Positions 13,629 to 26,713 of a DNA stretch of 64,000 nt are shown piece by piece; the stretch's first letter is position 1, and each line of letters begins with the position of its first letter. Location: NCBI GenBank assembly GCA_951406725.2, contig OX597815.1:184636001-184700000 (forward strand), written 5' to 3'. This DNA comes from Octopus vulgaris (taxonomy: Eukaryota). A program made the position numbers and the translations under genes. Below the pieces are notes generated by a model. The model made no database searches. It worked only from the letters and a program-made list of their open reading frames with translations, and had not been told where the DNA came from.

Positions 13629-13796
13629 AGGCGCAGGAGTGGCTGTGTGGTAAGTAGCTTGCTTATGAACTACATGGTTCCGGGTTCAGTCCCACTGCGT
13701 GGCATCTTGGGCAAATGTCTTCTACTATAGCCTATGGCCGACCAAAGCCTTGTGAGTGGATTTGGTAGACGGAAACTGAAAGAATCCTATCGTATG

Positions 13797-13827
<31 letters not shown>

Positions 13828-14040
13828 GTGTGTGTTTGTGTGTCTGTGTTTGTCCCCCTAGCATTGCTTGACAACCGATGCTGGTGTGTTTACGTCCCCG
13901 TCACTAGCGGTTCGGCAAAAAGAAACCGATAGAATAAGTACTGGGCTTACAAAGAATAAGTCCCGGGGTCGATTTGCTCGACTAAAGGCGGTGCTCCAGC
14001 ATGGCCGCAGTCAAATGACTGAAACAAGTAAAAGTAAAGT
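13629..14040 (+). mobile_element. SINE A full length
   Basis: Complete head, microsatellite and tail. Confidence 0.9.
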
Positions 14041-14149
14041 TATATAAACTGAACTCAAATGACAGAAGTGAAAAAATTGAGATTTACCATTGCAATGTAA
14101 TACTCTCATAGGTAGCCACGTTCAAAGTCCAGTATATCTTCGTATATAT

Positions 14150-14396
14150 GTTCCTTCTCGAGCCATGCCAGGCTCACGAGGGCCGGTTTCCCGGTTTCAG
14201 TGGCGCAGACATTCCCCACCTGGACGGGACGCCGGTCCATCGCAAGATTACTCGTTTTTGCCGGCTGAGTGGACTGGAGCAACGTGAAATGAAGTGTTTT
14301 GCTCAACAACACCACGCATCGCCCGGTCCAGGAATGGAAACCACAACTCTAGGATCATGAGTTCAACACCCTAACCACTAAGCCATGCGCCTCCAC
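14150..14396 (-). mobile_element. tRNA-derived SINE family E
   Basis: Head GTGGAGGCGCATGGCTTAGTGGTTAGGG, TTGAGCAAAACACTT core; 14-bp TSD ATCTTCGTATATAT. Confidence 0.88.
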
Positions 14397-16016
14397 ATCT
14401 TCGTATATATCCTCGAAAAAATGTTCCCATTGCCATACTCCCTACGCCTCCAATGTATTCCTTGAATTTACGATGAACGTAAAGGTTCTAGATATTCAGT
14501 GACCTCATACCACCCAATTCTCTGTAACTCTTCACCATAATTTCAACTAGTGATTGTGACATTAAACCTTGAAGTTGCTTTCTTCTTTCTACTAACTATT
14601 TTGAGGAATTCCGTGAGCTCTAGGAAGTTCTTTATTAGTAGTGTGACAAAGAGAATAGCCTCAGATTACTTAGGTAACAAATCCTGAACGCTATAGACGT
14701 ATTAGCAACCGACATTACAAATTGTTTCATAAAACCTGACTGCATGTGCAGTAGCGGAAGCAACAAATTTCAGAGCTTCCGAAATAGTCCAGTTGACGTA
14801 AGTCCTATACAAAGAAAACAATGGATAGAATTCCTGCTATCTCAAAGCTAAAGGTAGTAAGAAAAGTTATTCAAACTGCTTTTGATACAACTAGAATAAT
14901 CCAGTTTGAAGTTTGCATTAAGCTACATCAAATATCAGGACTTCTAACACTTATCACTGCTGCATTCTTTTTTCAGATGCACGGCGTGAGGAACCAACAA
15001 AAGAAACCGTTACATTTTCCGGCCATGTCACTCCAGGATGAGATATCAGTAAAGAGGCGTCCCCCATGCGCATTACAGGTCATTCTTTTTGCGTTACAGG
15101 CCTTTCTTGTTGATTTATTTCAGTTCGACGGAAGCTTAGCCGATCTTGTCGTGTGAAAAGCTCAGGTGTCGCTCCGTCTAATTTGCGAGCTCCATACTTT
15201 TGTCAAAAGAGCTCCACTGATCCGGCATATAAATTTGTGACGTCTTGTTAGTTTGAACATTATTATGGCTTTATTTTCTTTTTACCTGTACCTCTGAAAT
15301 TAAAATGTGCACTTAAAATGTGTTCGTCCTGTTCTGATTTGCTACTTTCGTTTGAAGTTTCTCTATTTCCAGCAGAATCTGTTCAAGGAACTTTGAACAG
15401 TGTAACACCGTGATTATCGATAATGGATATCCGGGCACAAAAGAGCAGATACCAATACGACATTATGGGCTGCACTGTACAGAAGGGCCAACTGCTTCAG
15501 TGTTCCAGAGATTATTGGGCTACAATCTTCAAGGCTTTCTTTCTCCATTGTTACATCCTTCAAAAGTGCAAAACCAAATTTTTTTGAAGATAATATAAAT
15601 CTGGTTTACTGAAATTAATATGTCAGGGGTACTCCTTCATTTTTCATATATGATATATTTTTCTATAATATTAGAACTTTTAAAACAATGTTTTAAAATT
15701 TAAAAACAAACATTATGATAATTTTTTTTTATAATAAAACAATCCCTTCTTCACACAAATAAAATTTGTACATATTAACTATCGAAGTTTTTCTTTTTCA
15801 GTGCTTGCAGGGAGGAATCAAAAGTACTCGATATATTGTTCCAACAAAACATTTTCGCTGTTTTATTGATATATTGACTATAGCAAAATGAACATATAAC
15901 TTGCTTGTAACCTCTTAGCACATCTCTCATTTATACAAATAGTCCTATCCATTAAGAAAAAAACTGAAGTCGTGAGCTTAGGGTCCTTGTGCTTATGTTA
16001 TTAATTATAGTAATGA

Positions 16017-16394
16017 GTGGAGGCGCAATGGCCCAGTGGTTAGGGCAACGGACTCGCGGTCATAGGATCGCGGTTTCGATTCCCAGACCGGGCGTTGTGA
16101 GTGTTTATTGAGCGAAAACACCTAAAGCTCCACGAGGCTCCGGCAGGGGGTGGTGGTGATCCCTGCTGTACTCTTTCACCACAACTTTCTCTTACTTCCT
16201 GTTTCTGTTGTACCTGTATTTCAAAGGGCCGGCCTTGTCATTCTCTGTGTCACGCTGAATATCCCCGAGAACTACGTTAAGGGTACACGTGTCTGTGGAG
16301 TGCTCAGCCACTTACACGTTAATTTCACGAGCAAGTTGTTCCGTTGATTCGGATCAACCGGAACCCTCGTCGTCGTAACCGACGGAGTGCTTCC
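16017..16394 (+). mobile_element. SINE D, tail type 1
   Basis: 13-bp TSD ATTATAGTAATGA. Confidence 0.9.
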
Positions 16395-17131
16395 ATTATA
16401 GTAATGAAAAGTTCCAGAAAAGTTTTGAATGTTAGAGAAAATTTGTGAAACTAAACAAATTTTCTATTATGTAATTTATTCAGAAAACACTGTCTGGAAT
16501 GTTCAGAAATATAGGTAACTTTCAAAATAACAATAACAGAGTCACAAAAGCAAAGTATGAAAAAATCATTTCACATTTATTATATGTTTTAGGTATGGGC
16601 AATAAACAAGTTACACAAATATAGTGTCCAAAAAATTAAAAAAAACGTAATATTCGTTTAATAGTAATATGTATTTGCAAAAAAAAAGGTATTTTGGCAT
16701 TAGCGATTTATGACTACATAAGTATTTTATGTACTTTGCAGATATGAGGTATCTGAAAATGCAAACAAATTAGGTAGCACACATAAAGATTAGGAAGATT
16801 CGAAATATTGGTATTAGGTAATATATGTTGATATAGTGGTATTGGTTGATATATTGGTATTATATGTTGATATATTGTTATACTTGATATATGTTTTTCA
16901 CATTTTGGTTATCTATAGTCATAAAAGTGCCAAGTAAAGAAACAGAGAAGCAGATAAATAAAGCAAATAGGAAGAGTTCAAGTGAAATACTGCATTTATG
17001 ACTCCAACATGTGTAATTCTGAAGACAGAGAAATGTGAAAATACACAGTTACATACTCCTGTATTTTTACAGTGGATGCTGGTTAACCTTTATCAATTAG
17101 AGCTAATTTTTTTATATATGACTGACCTGTG

Positions 17132-17178
<47 letters not shown>

Positions 17179-17215
17179 GTATATATATATGTATATATAT
17201 ATGTATATGTATGTG

Positions 17216-17254
<39 letters not shown>

Positions 17255-17418
17255 GTTGTATACTGTCAATCTAACACGAACGTGACAGTAGGGGGGTACA
17301 CCACCGCTGTATAGCCTTAGGAAGCATCGACGCCTCCTGATGGCTTTGACACATTTTTCCTGTGTCCTTAAATACATTTACGAAGGGGAGACAAACACCC
17401 CCGGCCGCCGGAGCTGCA

Positions 17419-17463
17419 TCTAGGGACACGTGTTTCAGGATCATTGTCCTTCATCGGCCTAGA
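17419..17463 (-). ncRNA. Minimal type I HHR-like motif (CCGAUGA core)
   Basis: TCTAGG-CCGATGA-AGGA caatga TCCT-GAAA-CACGTG-TC/CCTAGA; GUC site, palindromic stem III. Confidence 0.65.
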
Positions 17464-17652
17464 GTAGCAGACGTTCGTGTTAGATTGACAGTATACAACC
17501 ATTCTATCGCCCCACCACCGTACACGCCTCTACGAGAGATTTAGAAATTTAGTATTTCTTATTTTGATAATCAGTGAATAGACTTCACTGAATTATAGAT
17601 ATATACAATACGAAGTCGAGACAAATATCGCCAGCTGACCGGTGTCTGCTAC

Positions 17653-17697
17653 TCTAGGCCGATGAAGGACAATGATCCTGAAACACGTGCCCCTAGA
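17653..17697 (+). ncRNA. Second copy of the same HHR, cleavage triplet mutated GUC>GCC
   Basis: Identical to the 17419-17463 motif except GAAACACGTGCC. Confidence 0.5.
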
Positions 17698-17918
17698 TGC
17701 AGCTCCGGCGGCCGGGGGTGTTTGTCTCCCCTTCGTAAATGTATATAAGGACACAGGAAAAATGTGTCAAAGCCATCAGGAGGCGTCGATGCTTCCTAGG
17801 GCTATACGGCGGTGGTGTACCCCTCTACTGTCACGTTCGTGTTAGATTGACACTATACAACCATTCTATCGCCCCACCACCGTACATGTCTCTACGAGAG
17901 ATTTAGAAATTTAGTATT

Positions 17919-17943
<25 letters not shown>

Positions 17944-17949
<6 letters not shown>

Positions 17950-18461
17950 GGGGGGGGGGTTAAAATTAGTACCCCAATTTAGTTTTTGCAAAAAATACAT
18001 GAAATAAAATGAAATTGAAAAACTAAACAAATTTTGGCATGAAACACGAAGGGAACATCAACTTGACAAGTCATTGACTGTGACGGCTGTTCGTTGCTAT
18101 GCACGACTCGTAACGCCTGGCCAAACTGGCGAATGTATTTTGACCCATTTGTTCAGAAAGTTGACTGAGACACTTCAGGGTCGTCTTCTGAATAATAGAA
18201 GTAGGTATGGCGATTGATGTGACCAGAAACATTGACGGTCGCTTCCTCAGAGAAAATAAATCGATCATAAAATGTGGAATCTCGGGCTCCTGCCAGCATT
18301 CTCGCACAAAATTCGACACGTCTACTGTCAACTCTATCAAAAAGACACCGAAAATAATCAACGGCGTATAGAAATAATAACAGCATCAAGAAACTACAAA
18401 ACTAATAGAGTCATATAATTGGGATACATCAAAGTTTGGGAACTAGTTTTGGCCTACCCTG
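17944..18461 (-). mobile_element. Internally deleted Tc1/mariner-type element
   Basis: Right end ..TTTTGGCCTACCCTG|TA with a degenerate left TIR; minus-strand LARRYESCIATNSRH resembles a transposase C-terminus. Confidence 0.45.
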
Positions 18462-18994
18462 TATACAGTATATATACATACATATGTATACCTACATATG
18501 TATATATACATATGTGTGTGTGTGTGCGTGTGTGTGTGACGATAAAATTGTTCCTCTATGATATTACATTGCACCTAGCTGTTTACATTAATTTTTAGTG
18601 TCAGGCTACGACAGACGGGGGCGGAGGGGTCGGTTCTTGAATCAGAGGATTTCAAACTTACGGAGACAATATTTATATATCACCTGAGGAGACACAACTA
18701 GATCTCATAATGCAGGGAAACAGTTGCGTAATCAAGTGCCTGCACTCCTGGAGAACTACGTTGCGTGGAAACAATTGTAGTGATTGGAAAATAAATGTCC
18801 AACAGTACCACTTCTTTTTTACTCTTTTTTTCAGTTATATATCCACACATGACAGATGCCAAAACGCAAACCAGGAAGTACTTATAATACTACTAGCGGA
18901 TAGCACAAGTAGACGAGCTTTATACTGTACTCTACTACGTTCGAAACAGAATATACCATAACTAGATATACCATAACTATATATATATATATAA

Positions 18995-19024
18995 TTATTA
19001 TTATTATTATTAGTAGTAGTAGTT

Positions 19025-19086
<62 letters not shown>

Positions 19087-19102
19087 GGTGGTGGTGGTGG
19101 TG

Positions 19103-19133
<31 letters not shown>

Positions 19134-19165
19134 CAGTAGCAGTAGTAGTAGTAGTAGTAGTAGTA
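18995..19165. repeat. Compound trinucleotide microsatellite (ATT)(AGT)(GGT)(AGT)
   Basis: Directly visible. Confidence 0.95.
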
Positions 19166-19279
19166 AGGTTATCAACGAATTATTGAGAGAATACAACTCT
19201 AAAGCATAAATTGATTACTCAGTCTTCGTTATTGCTTGTGGAATTCTTTGATGCAGATCATTTATCATATACATACACC

Positions 19280-19450
19280 GTCATCATCCTTCGTTCATGG
19301 TTGTCAACGATGATCAAGAACATCTAATGAGACGAGAAGATAGGCATGATGTGTCCGGCTGTGGCCAATCAGTCCGATGCCTGCTAGAAAGGCTTTTCCA
19401 CACGTTGGGCACAGGTAGTCTGTTAGAACAGTTGGCTCTGGACGTGCACA
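19280..19450 (-). mobile_element. RTE-clade LINE 3' end
   Basis: Translates DYLCPTCGKAFLAGIGLIGHSRTH, the C2H2-like C-terminus typical of RTE ORFs, followed by a short 3' UTR. Confidence 0.65.
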
Positions 19451-20756
19451 ATTCACATCTTCTTTCTTTCTTTCTTTCTTTCTTTCTTTGTGTCCTTGCG
19501 CTTGTGTTTCCCAGATGTCAGGTTGGTCTCAAAGTTCTGTAATGAAGCAGTTTTTCTGTCCATTTTAATATGTTTGTGTGTGTATGTGTTATATGTAATT
19601 TTATTTTTTGTTCGGTAGGTCGATAGGTGTATTACAATATTGTACATTCTGATTAATACATCATATGTGTCATTTCACTTTAGGGAAAGCCTCTGCATTA
19701 TTCTCCAGATAAAAGAGTAAAGTGTGGAAAGAAATATATTTCACAGAACCTATTCATGAAAGTTATTTGAGCCGATGATAATTACTTTCAGTTGCTCATG
19801 TCCAGATTAATTTATAGCACGGGCATTACTTTTAATTAATTTCCTTGCACTGACTAACATATGAAAAGGCATTATTTCATTTAAAATTGAGTCGATTCGA
19901 GATTTAAAACAAAACATCATTTATGGCAAGTGGGCGGTGATTTGCGACAATGCTGGTGAGTCGAATTATTGAAGTATCAATATTTTACTTTGATTACAGA
20001 GTAGAAAGTTGAAATTAAGTTTGATGAATTGTAGTAGAATTAAAAGTTGAAATAGTAGCGACAGAGGTTGCTGAGGTGAAAGCCATTCACCTTTGGTGAT
20101 ATAAAAGAGAGACACATCGAAAATTGATTTTTAAACTAACAATGGGAAAAAGAAGACGCCGTACGTGCGTTCGTGCTCTTATGAGTTAATCCTTAATATC
20201 TTTCAATTTTTTTTTAAACAGCTGTTTTCATGAGCGACCGCATTGATCGGACATCTCTCTCCTCATATTTGAATAGCCCGAAAGTATGACGTTTTACCGA
20301 ATTGTACATAATCTGCAGTTTTTTTAATGACAATTCTGTCCCTTTTTTAAGTTAGAAGAATATTCAGTTTTTGCAACACTGCCTTCTTTCAATAACAAAA
20401 TGTAGTTTAATGGTTGAAATACTTCTCTTTTGGTCATCTTCCCGGATGAAATGCTTTGTTGAAATATCTTTCGGTAATTTATTTTTCTTTATATTGTCAT
20501 CACTTCTCAAAATCAAACATAAATACTATGCATATTTGCTTGATTTTCGGACGCCTTCTCTGCCTTATAGGTGATTGCATTAGTTTTTGATCAGCAATTA
20601 AAGGGATATGCGTGTATTTGTATATGCAGTTTGTCTCGTTTCTTAGATTATTGTGATTAATTATTTTAATATTGGCTTTAAAGCTGTCGATAAAATTTTA
20701 TATATAATTGCTAAATAATTTTCCATAAGAGGAAAACAATTATTTAATATATATAA

Positions 20757-20819
20757 AGGCGGCGAGCTGGCAGAAACGTTAGCATGCTGGGCGAAATGCT
20801 TAGCGGTATTTCGTCTGTC
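20757..20819 (+). mobile_element. SINE B 5' head only
   Basis: AAGGCGGCGAGCTGG..GCTTAGCGGTATTTCGTCTG, then similarity stops. Confidence 0.85.
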
Positions 20820-21510
20820 TGCTATTGAAAATTTATTGTTGGAGTGAGTTCGTAAAGTAAGCTTCTGTTAATTGTTATATCGTTATACCTCTTGCTGTGC
20901 CTATTGTTGGACTTATTTTTAAAAATTGTATTATAGTTTTCTTTCGAAAGCTATCTGTTGTTTTCCCCTGTGGGGGGAAAACACTAATTGCCGGCAAGAT
21001 GCCGAAAAGTGTGTCTTCGTCGAGTGAAGATTCATCGACCAAGCGGGAAGCGAGGAAGATAGAAAGTTTAATTTTTGATAAAATTTCTAACGTTTCGGAA
21101 AGTGAATTTCCTGCATTACCAAAAGTTATGGGTACCAAAAGAGACATAGAAACAAAGAGCATTCAAAATGAGGAAAGAAAAAAGTTTTGCGTCAGCAGCT
21201 GGGAGTGAAACGCGACAGCTGTCAACTGACGAAAAAGAATTATTAAAATACAAGGAAATGGTAACAGAACGAGTTGGAGTGGTGAAAGTGGAAATACCAG
21301 AAGAAGAATTAACGGAGGTAAAAAGGAAAATTATTATTTTTAAGACATTCTGCTTAAAAGCTCGAAAAATTGACAAGATATGTGAGCAAAAATTTTTTAA
21401 ATGTTTAAAACCCATCTGGCAGGACATAACATACCTAGCTAGACGGAAGAAGTTTGGAACCTTCGAGGTGAGGTTCAAGAACGCAGAATGCGTGTCAAAT
21501 TAACCTAGCA
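20820..21510 (+). mobile_element. L1/Tx1-like LINE 5' UTR and frameshifted ORF1 (3'-truncated)
   Basis: SFASAAG..KIDKICEQKFFKCLKPIWQDITYLARRKKFGTFEVRFKN aligns with ORF1 of the LINE at 24071-26712; shared UTR motif CTGTG(A)GGGGGAAAA. Confidence 0.65.
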
Positions 21511-21971
21511 ATTAAGGCTCATTTTCCACTTATATTAAAAATCCCTTGATCAGGTAATACAGTGTATAAGGCGCCATACGTACGTGTTGGAGTTACTTGC
21601 AGAGTAGCAAAACCCACCTATCATTGAAAAGAAGAACAAAATCGTTATTGCTATATCGGGGATTTCATTACATACGTTTTAATAACGAATAATCGATCAA
21701 TCATTTTGTCAGATGAAAAAGTATCGAAATTCAAAATCAATTGAAATGTTGCCCTTATATAGCAAAGGAGCACGCTCCAACCTAAAATGAAAAACAAAAA
21801 TCTAATAATGACGAGGGGAGCAATCGATAAAAGATGAAAGCAAACAGAACAAGGAGGTCGCAGAGAGACCACAGAAATCAAAAGAAAACTAATAACATAT
21901 AATAATAAATAAAAACAATTAATAGAAAATAAATAAAAGTAAGCTCATACTTATTGGTATAAACATACTTA

Positions 21972-22005
<34 letters not shown>

Positions 22006-22499
22006 GTCCATAGAAATATATTAGAATGAAGGAGTAACGAGGATGTAAAACAAATAAGGTTGAAGAAAATAAGGTAATAAATATTAAATATAGATATAAA
22101 AGTACGCTACAAAAACAAAGAGATAAAATAAACTGGGTGGAAATAAAGTAGGGGTGATTAACAACAAAAACAGCAAAAGAAGGCCAGGTTAGCATGTACA
22201 GAAGAATTACGATTGTAGGGTATCGAATTATGAGTAAGGAATATTACAAATGAACTGGGACGGGCTATATTTAGCGGGTTTCTCAAACTTCAGTGATAAT
22301 CTTTAAAGCCCTGCAGTAGCATTCTGAACTACAATGAAAGTGTGACAGGTTACGCGCATATTCCGGAAAGCTTTGAGCAATTTCAAAATTACTCGGATCG
22401 CATTAATGCTAATATCATATCAATATCTTAAAATATTCAGAAGAGAAAGTATATAACCTATATTAACAACAATAACAACAACCGTAAGAATAACAGTTC

Positions 22500-23019
22500 T
22501 TTATATTATAGATACAAGGCCTGAAATGTTGTAGGGGAAGTCGAAAAATAAAGTCGGCCTCGGCGGAATTTGGATTCAGAACTTAGTGACAGAGGAAATG
22601 CCTATTTCTTTACTACCCACAAGGAGCTAAACACAGAGAGAACAACCAAGGACAGATAAACGGATTAAGTCAATTATATCGACCCCAGTGCGTAACTGGT
22701 ACTTAATTTATCGACCCCGAAAGGAAGAAAGGCAAAGTCGACCTCGGCGGAATTTGAACTCAGAACGTAGCAGCAGACGAAATACCTATTTCTTTACTAC
22801 CCACAAGGGGCTAAACACGGAGAGGACAAACAAGGACAGACAAACGGATTAAGTCGATTACATCGACCCCAGTGCGTAACTGGTACTTAATTTATCGACC
22901 CCGAAAGGATGAAAGGCAAAGTCAACCTCGGCGGAATTTGAACTCAGAACGTAGCTGCAGACGAAATACCGCTAAGCATTTTGCTCGACGTTCTAACGTT
23001 TCTGCCAGCCTGCTGCCTT
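22500..23019 (-). mobile_element. SINE B tandem trimer (one full unit plus two headless units)
   Basis: Junctions AAAGAAATA|GGTATTTCG at about 22786 and |GGCATTTCC at about 22602. Confidence 0.88.
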
Positions 23020-23055
23020 AGCACTAAAAACGATTCCTTGTACAGTAGGCACTAG

Positions 23056-23265
23056 TGAAGATGCATGGCTTAGTGGTTCGGGTATTGGACTCATGATCAC
23101 AAGATTTTGGTTTCGATTACCTGAGTAATGAATTGTGCTCTTGGGCAAAACACTTCATTTCACTCTGCTCCAGTCTACTCAGATGGTAAAAATGTATAAT
23201 TCTGGGCCGCACCAGCGTCCCATCCAGGGAGGGAATATATACACTATAGAAGCTGGCCCTCATTT
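23056..23265 (+). mobile_element. SINE E, diverged copy
   Basis: GCATGGCTTAGTGG head, TTGGGCAAAACACTTCATTTCAC core. Confidence 0.75.
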
Positions 23266-23396
23266 GGGAGTGATGCGGACTAACCGCTGTCAACACAATG
23301 CCAGGATTTTTTAGGGGAGGTGGAGGGTTAGTTGGTTACATCGACCCCAGTGCTCCACATGTACTTATTTGATCGACGCCGGAACATGAAAGGTAA

Positions 23397-23529
23397 ATTA
23401 TTTACAATGGACGTTTCGGCTGATGTACTCTCCAGCCTTCATCAGGTGTTCTGGTGGAATTTCAAGGTGAGGATATCTGTCCGTCCATTGTAGATAATGT
23501 ACATAATTCCTCATCTCAAAAATACAGAA
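23397..23529. mobile_element. Family C fold-back element, centrally deleted
   Basis: Left arm (minus) carries the HHR core at 23411-23450; right arm ends CATAATTCCTCATCTC. Confidence 0.7.
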
Positions 23530-23669
23530 TAGCATTTATTTCTTTATTATTAGGAATCAATAGCAAATTTACTTAAATCATTAGCTGTTGAACAATGTGT
23601 GTGTGTATAGGAAGACCTTTGTACATATGTAGATGTATATCTGTGTGTGTGCGTGTGTGTGTGTGCCAT

Positions 23670-23878
23670 TGTGCCTCTGTTTGTCCCACACTCTACCGCT
23701 TGACAACCGGTGCACGTGTGCTTACGTCCCCTATAACATAGCGGTTCGGCAAGAGAGCCCGATAGAATAAGTACTAAGATGTTAATAAAAGTACTGTGGT
23801 CTATACATTATATTAAAAATTCTTATCATGGTGCCTCGGCATGGCCGCAGCCTAATGACTGAGACAAGTAAAAGATAA
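23670..23878 (+). mobile_element. SINE A 3' half, diverged
   Basis: Family A similarity. Confidence 0.7.
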
Positions 23879-24005
23879 ACAAAATATGCGCGAGTGTGTG
23901 TGCGAGTATTGGTAGGTGTTTGAACGACTGAGTTGTTTACATCTTATTTCAATGTGCTTCCTGGAAATATATAAGAGTTAAGTCATTATTAATATATAAT
24001 GTAGA

Positions 24006-24070
24006 AGGCGGCGAGTTGGCTGATACGTTAGCGCGCCGGGCGAAATGCTTAGCAGTTTTGTTACGTGTGA
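24006..24070 (+). mobile_element. SINE B 5' head only
   Basis: AGGCGGCGAGTTGGC..GGGCGAAATGCTTAGCAGTTTTG, followed by the LINE. Confidence 0.8.
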
Positions 24071-26712
24071 TTAATTCTGTGGTGTATTCTTTGCTTGGGG
24101 GTTAGCGTTGAAGTTGATGTTGCTGAATTCTTTCATTGTTGTGTTTAATACCGTTCTGCGTGTGGCAGACGGAGTGAACTTTTATTCCCGTCTGTGAGGG
24201 GGGAAAATATAATTTTATTTTGTTAAAAATGAATACTTCCTCTGTAGAGAAAAAAAACTGTGAAAGCAACTGTGAAATATTAAGTATGCCGACGGCAGAA
24301 AAACTTGTCTAACAGGTAAAAAAGTTTAATTTTGCAGCTGCGGCTGGAGTGAAAAAAAGAAAAGCTATGTATTGACAAAAATGTACTAATGCAACACCAA
24401 AACATATTTGTAAAGGAGGGATACGACGTAAAAGCCACCCTCCCGTGTGAAATTATAGAAAAAACCGCGAAAAATATTCGTATTTAAAAATCATGTTGTG
24501 AAGGATAAGAAACTAGACAAAGTACCAAAGAAAGCTATAGAAAAATGTCTACAGCCGATCTGGCAGTACATAGAATATCTGACCAGAGGCAAACACTTTG
24601 CCATGGTTGTAGTGTATTTCAAAAGTGAAAACACACTCAGTACAACTATTGAAAACTACGGTCGTTGTATTGCTGTTAACATACTTAGGCTGGCGCACGT
24701 CAAAATCTCGAAGAAGAGATCCCGTCAGAAATAAACGTATCGTGGCTACTCCCAGCCCTACTAATGGGAATAGAAGAAGAAATAACGATATTAGAGGCCT
24801 TAAAAATACACCAGCAGAACTGGAAGGAGCAAGGCCTCGAGGTCATTATCCAAGCAGCGCCACAGACCCTAATAATGATTGCAGAGAACATACACGTCGG
24901 AGAAGAAACCACCTTACGGGTAATGGTGAAGGGGAGAAGACCCCGGTGCTTCGAATATGGAGAGAAAGGCCACATTCGGGAAAACTGTCCTACCCGTAAG
25001 GTGGAGACGGTCCAAAGAAAGGACGCAGAAGAGACAGATACACAGAAGACCGACCAGCAGGCTCCCAGCTGGGAGTGAAGACGGATGGTCTATGGTAAAA
25101 AGGAAGAAATTAACAAAAAAGGAAGAACCCCAATCCCACCCCCTCAACATCCAGCTTGAAAACACGAAAAAAACTCCATCAACAGACACACACGAAACTC
25201 AAACTATCCCTCCCCACCACTATTTCTCCCCCAACACACCAGTATCCTCTAGTTGTGCTAGGAGACTATAAAACAATCTGCGAGGCACGCGCAGATTATG
25301 TTGGCTCGTGTTCTGATAGAAGAGGCAATGTTTGCTTCCTGGAACTGCTATCCACAGTTTTTCCCGGTCAGCTACAGTTATCATAAATTGGTCATCTATA
25401 CGCTCGACATAGATAAGTTATATAATAGAGGATCCGGTTACTGGAAATTTAATACGTCCCTTTTGGCGATTAAGGAGTAAAGAGACCGGATTAAAGTTAT
25501 TCGATTCAGAGGGCACTAACCAGATCTGTTATTAATAACAAATGGTGGTATGCCCTCAAGTGAGCCATTAAATTTGAGTCTATTAGATATAGCACAGGTT
25601 TAGTGGCTAGAGAGATTAGGAAGGGATTAGCATTAGCTAAGGATTAAAGGAAGCAATGGAATCTGGCTCTGCAGCTCAGGTGGCGTTAAACCAGCACCTT
25701 GAAGCCTAACATAGGAATTGCATTGCCAGAGCTAGGATTCATGCATTGGGTTGTGAGGGAATCAAGGGCGCGGGATGGGCCCGAGTGGTGGAAGCCCAAC
25801 GTGGTAACGATGGCATAATTCGATCTTTGACGAACCAACGAGGTAAGTTAATAAACAAGCCCGAGAAGATGTTTGAGGTCTTTCAGGAGCACTTCGCCCA
25901 GCTGTTCAGTAGGGGCGGCGGACCGGATAGTAGGAGACACCTATCGGACTTCCTCGTCGAGCTGCTGCGCCTATAGGGGCTGGTCGCGTAGCGTCGTGAA
26001 GAGCCGATTAGGCCTGAGCAGGTAATTGAGGCTATGGTGGACTGCGGCGCGCGTAAGGTGCTGAGACTCGATGGTCTACCCTATGAACTGTAAAAAAGTA
26101 TGCCAGACATGTTCGGGCACTTGCTGGCGAATGTCTACACGAAATGGCAGCAGAATGGGTTTATTCCCAGATCTGTGCGCCGGGGAGTGGTGACGCTTAT
26201 CAGAAAGGACCCGAACAAGGGGGATTACATTAATAATTTTCGGCCCATCGCTCTGCCAAACACAGAGTTGAAGATTTTGGCTTGATCGGGAAGGCACAGA
26301 CAAGTGCCGTCCCCGGTAGATCCATCCAGGATAAACTCCATCTTATACAGTACACTGTAGAAGGCTTTAATAACGATTCTGGCAAAGGAGGGGCAATGGT
26401 CCATTCAGACTAATCAAAGGCTTTTGATGGGGTTGACCATCATTACCTGGTGTCCGTTCTGGCGCGGTTTGGCCTGGGTCTTGGCTTTCTCAGGTGGATC
26501 TTTCGAATTTATCACAACATCGACTCTGTAGTTCGGATGAACGGCTTTTTACCTTAGCTGTTCAGTATCAAACACTCGGATCGTCAACGGTGTCCGCTCT
26601 CCACGCTTTTGTATGTAATAGCTCTTGAGCCATTGCTGTGAAAATTGGGTGACATCCCGAGACTGCCAGGTTGTGGAGAGTCGGTTTCAGCGTGCGCAAA
26701 CGACATTACCAT
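24071..26712 (+). mobile_element. Decayed L1/Tx1-clade LINE (ORF1 zinc knuckle; APE endonuclease and RT remnants), 3'-truncated
   Basis: ORF1 CFEYGEKGHIRENC; endonuclease VVLGDY.., YHKLV..GSGYWKFNTSLL; RT GVVTLIRKD..NFRPIAL, SKAFDGVDH, QRCPLSTLLYVIALEPLL, SACANDIT (YADD); many stops and frameshifts. Confidence 0.88.
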
Positions 26713-26713
26713 C

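Larger units (their letters stand above)
17247..17923 (+). mobile_element. Non-autonomous Penelope-like element: inverted pLTR, tail and direct pLTR, flanked by (TA)n
   Basis: 17247-17472 is the reverse complement of 17644-17869; 17473-17561 repeats 17835-17923; one HHR per pLTR. Confidence 0.75.

Noticed and set aside
18882-19196. Poly-Leu/poly-Pro ORF
   Set aside because: Trinucleotide microsatellite read-through
22500-23019. Regularly spaced repeats resembling a CRISPR array
   Set aside because: Units are about 185-bp SINE bodies with no unique spacers; the context is eukaryotic
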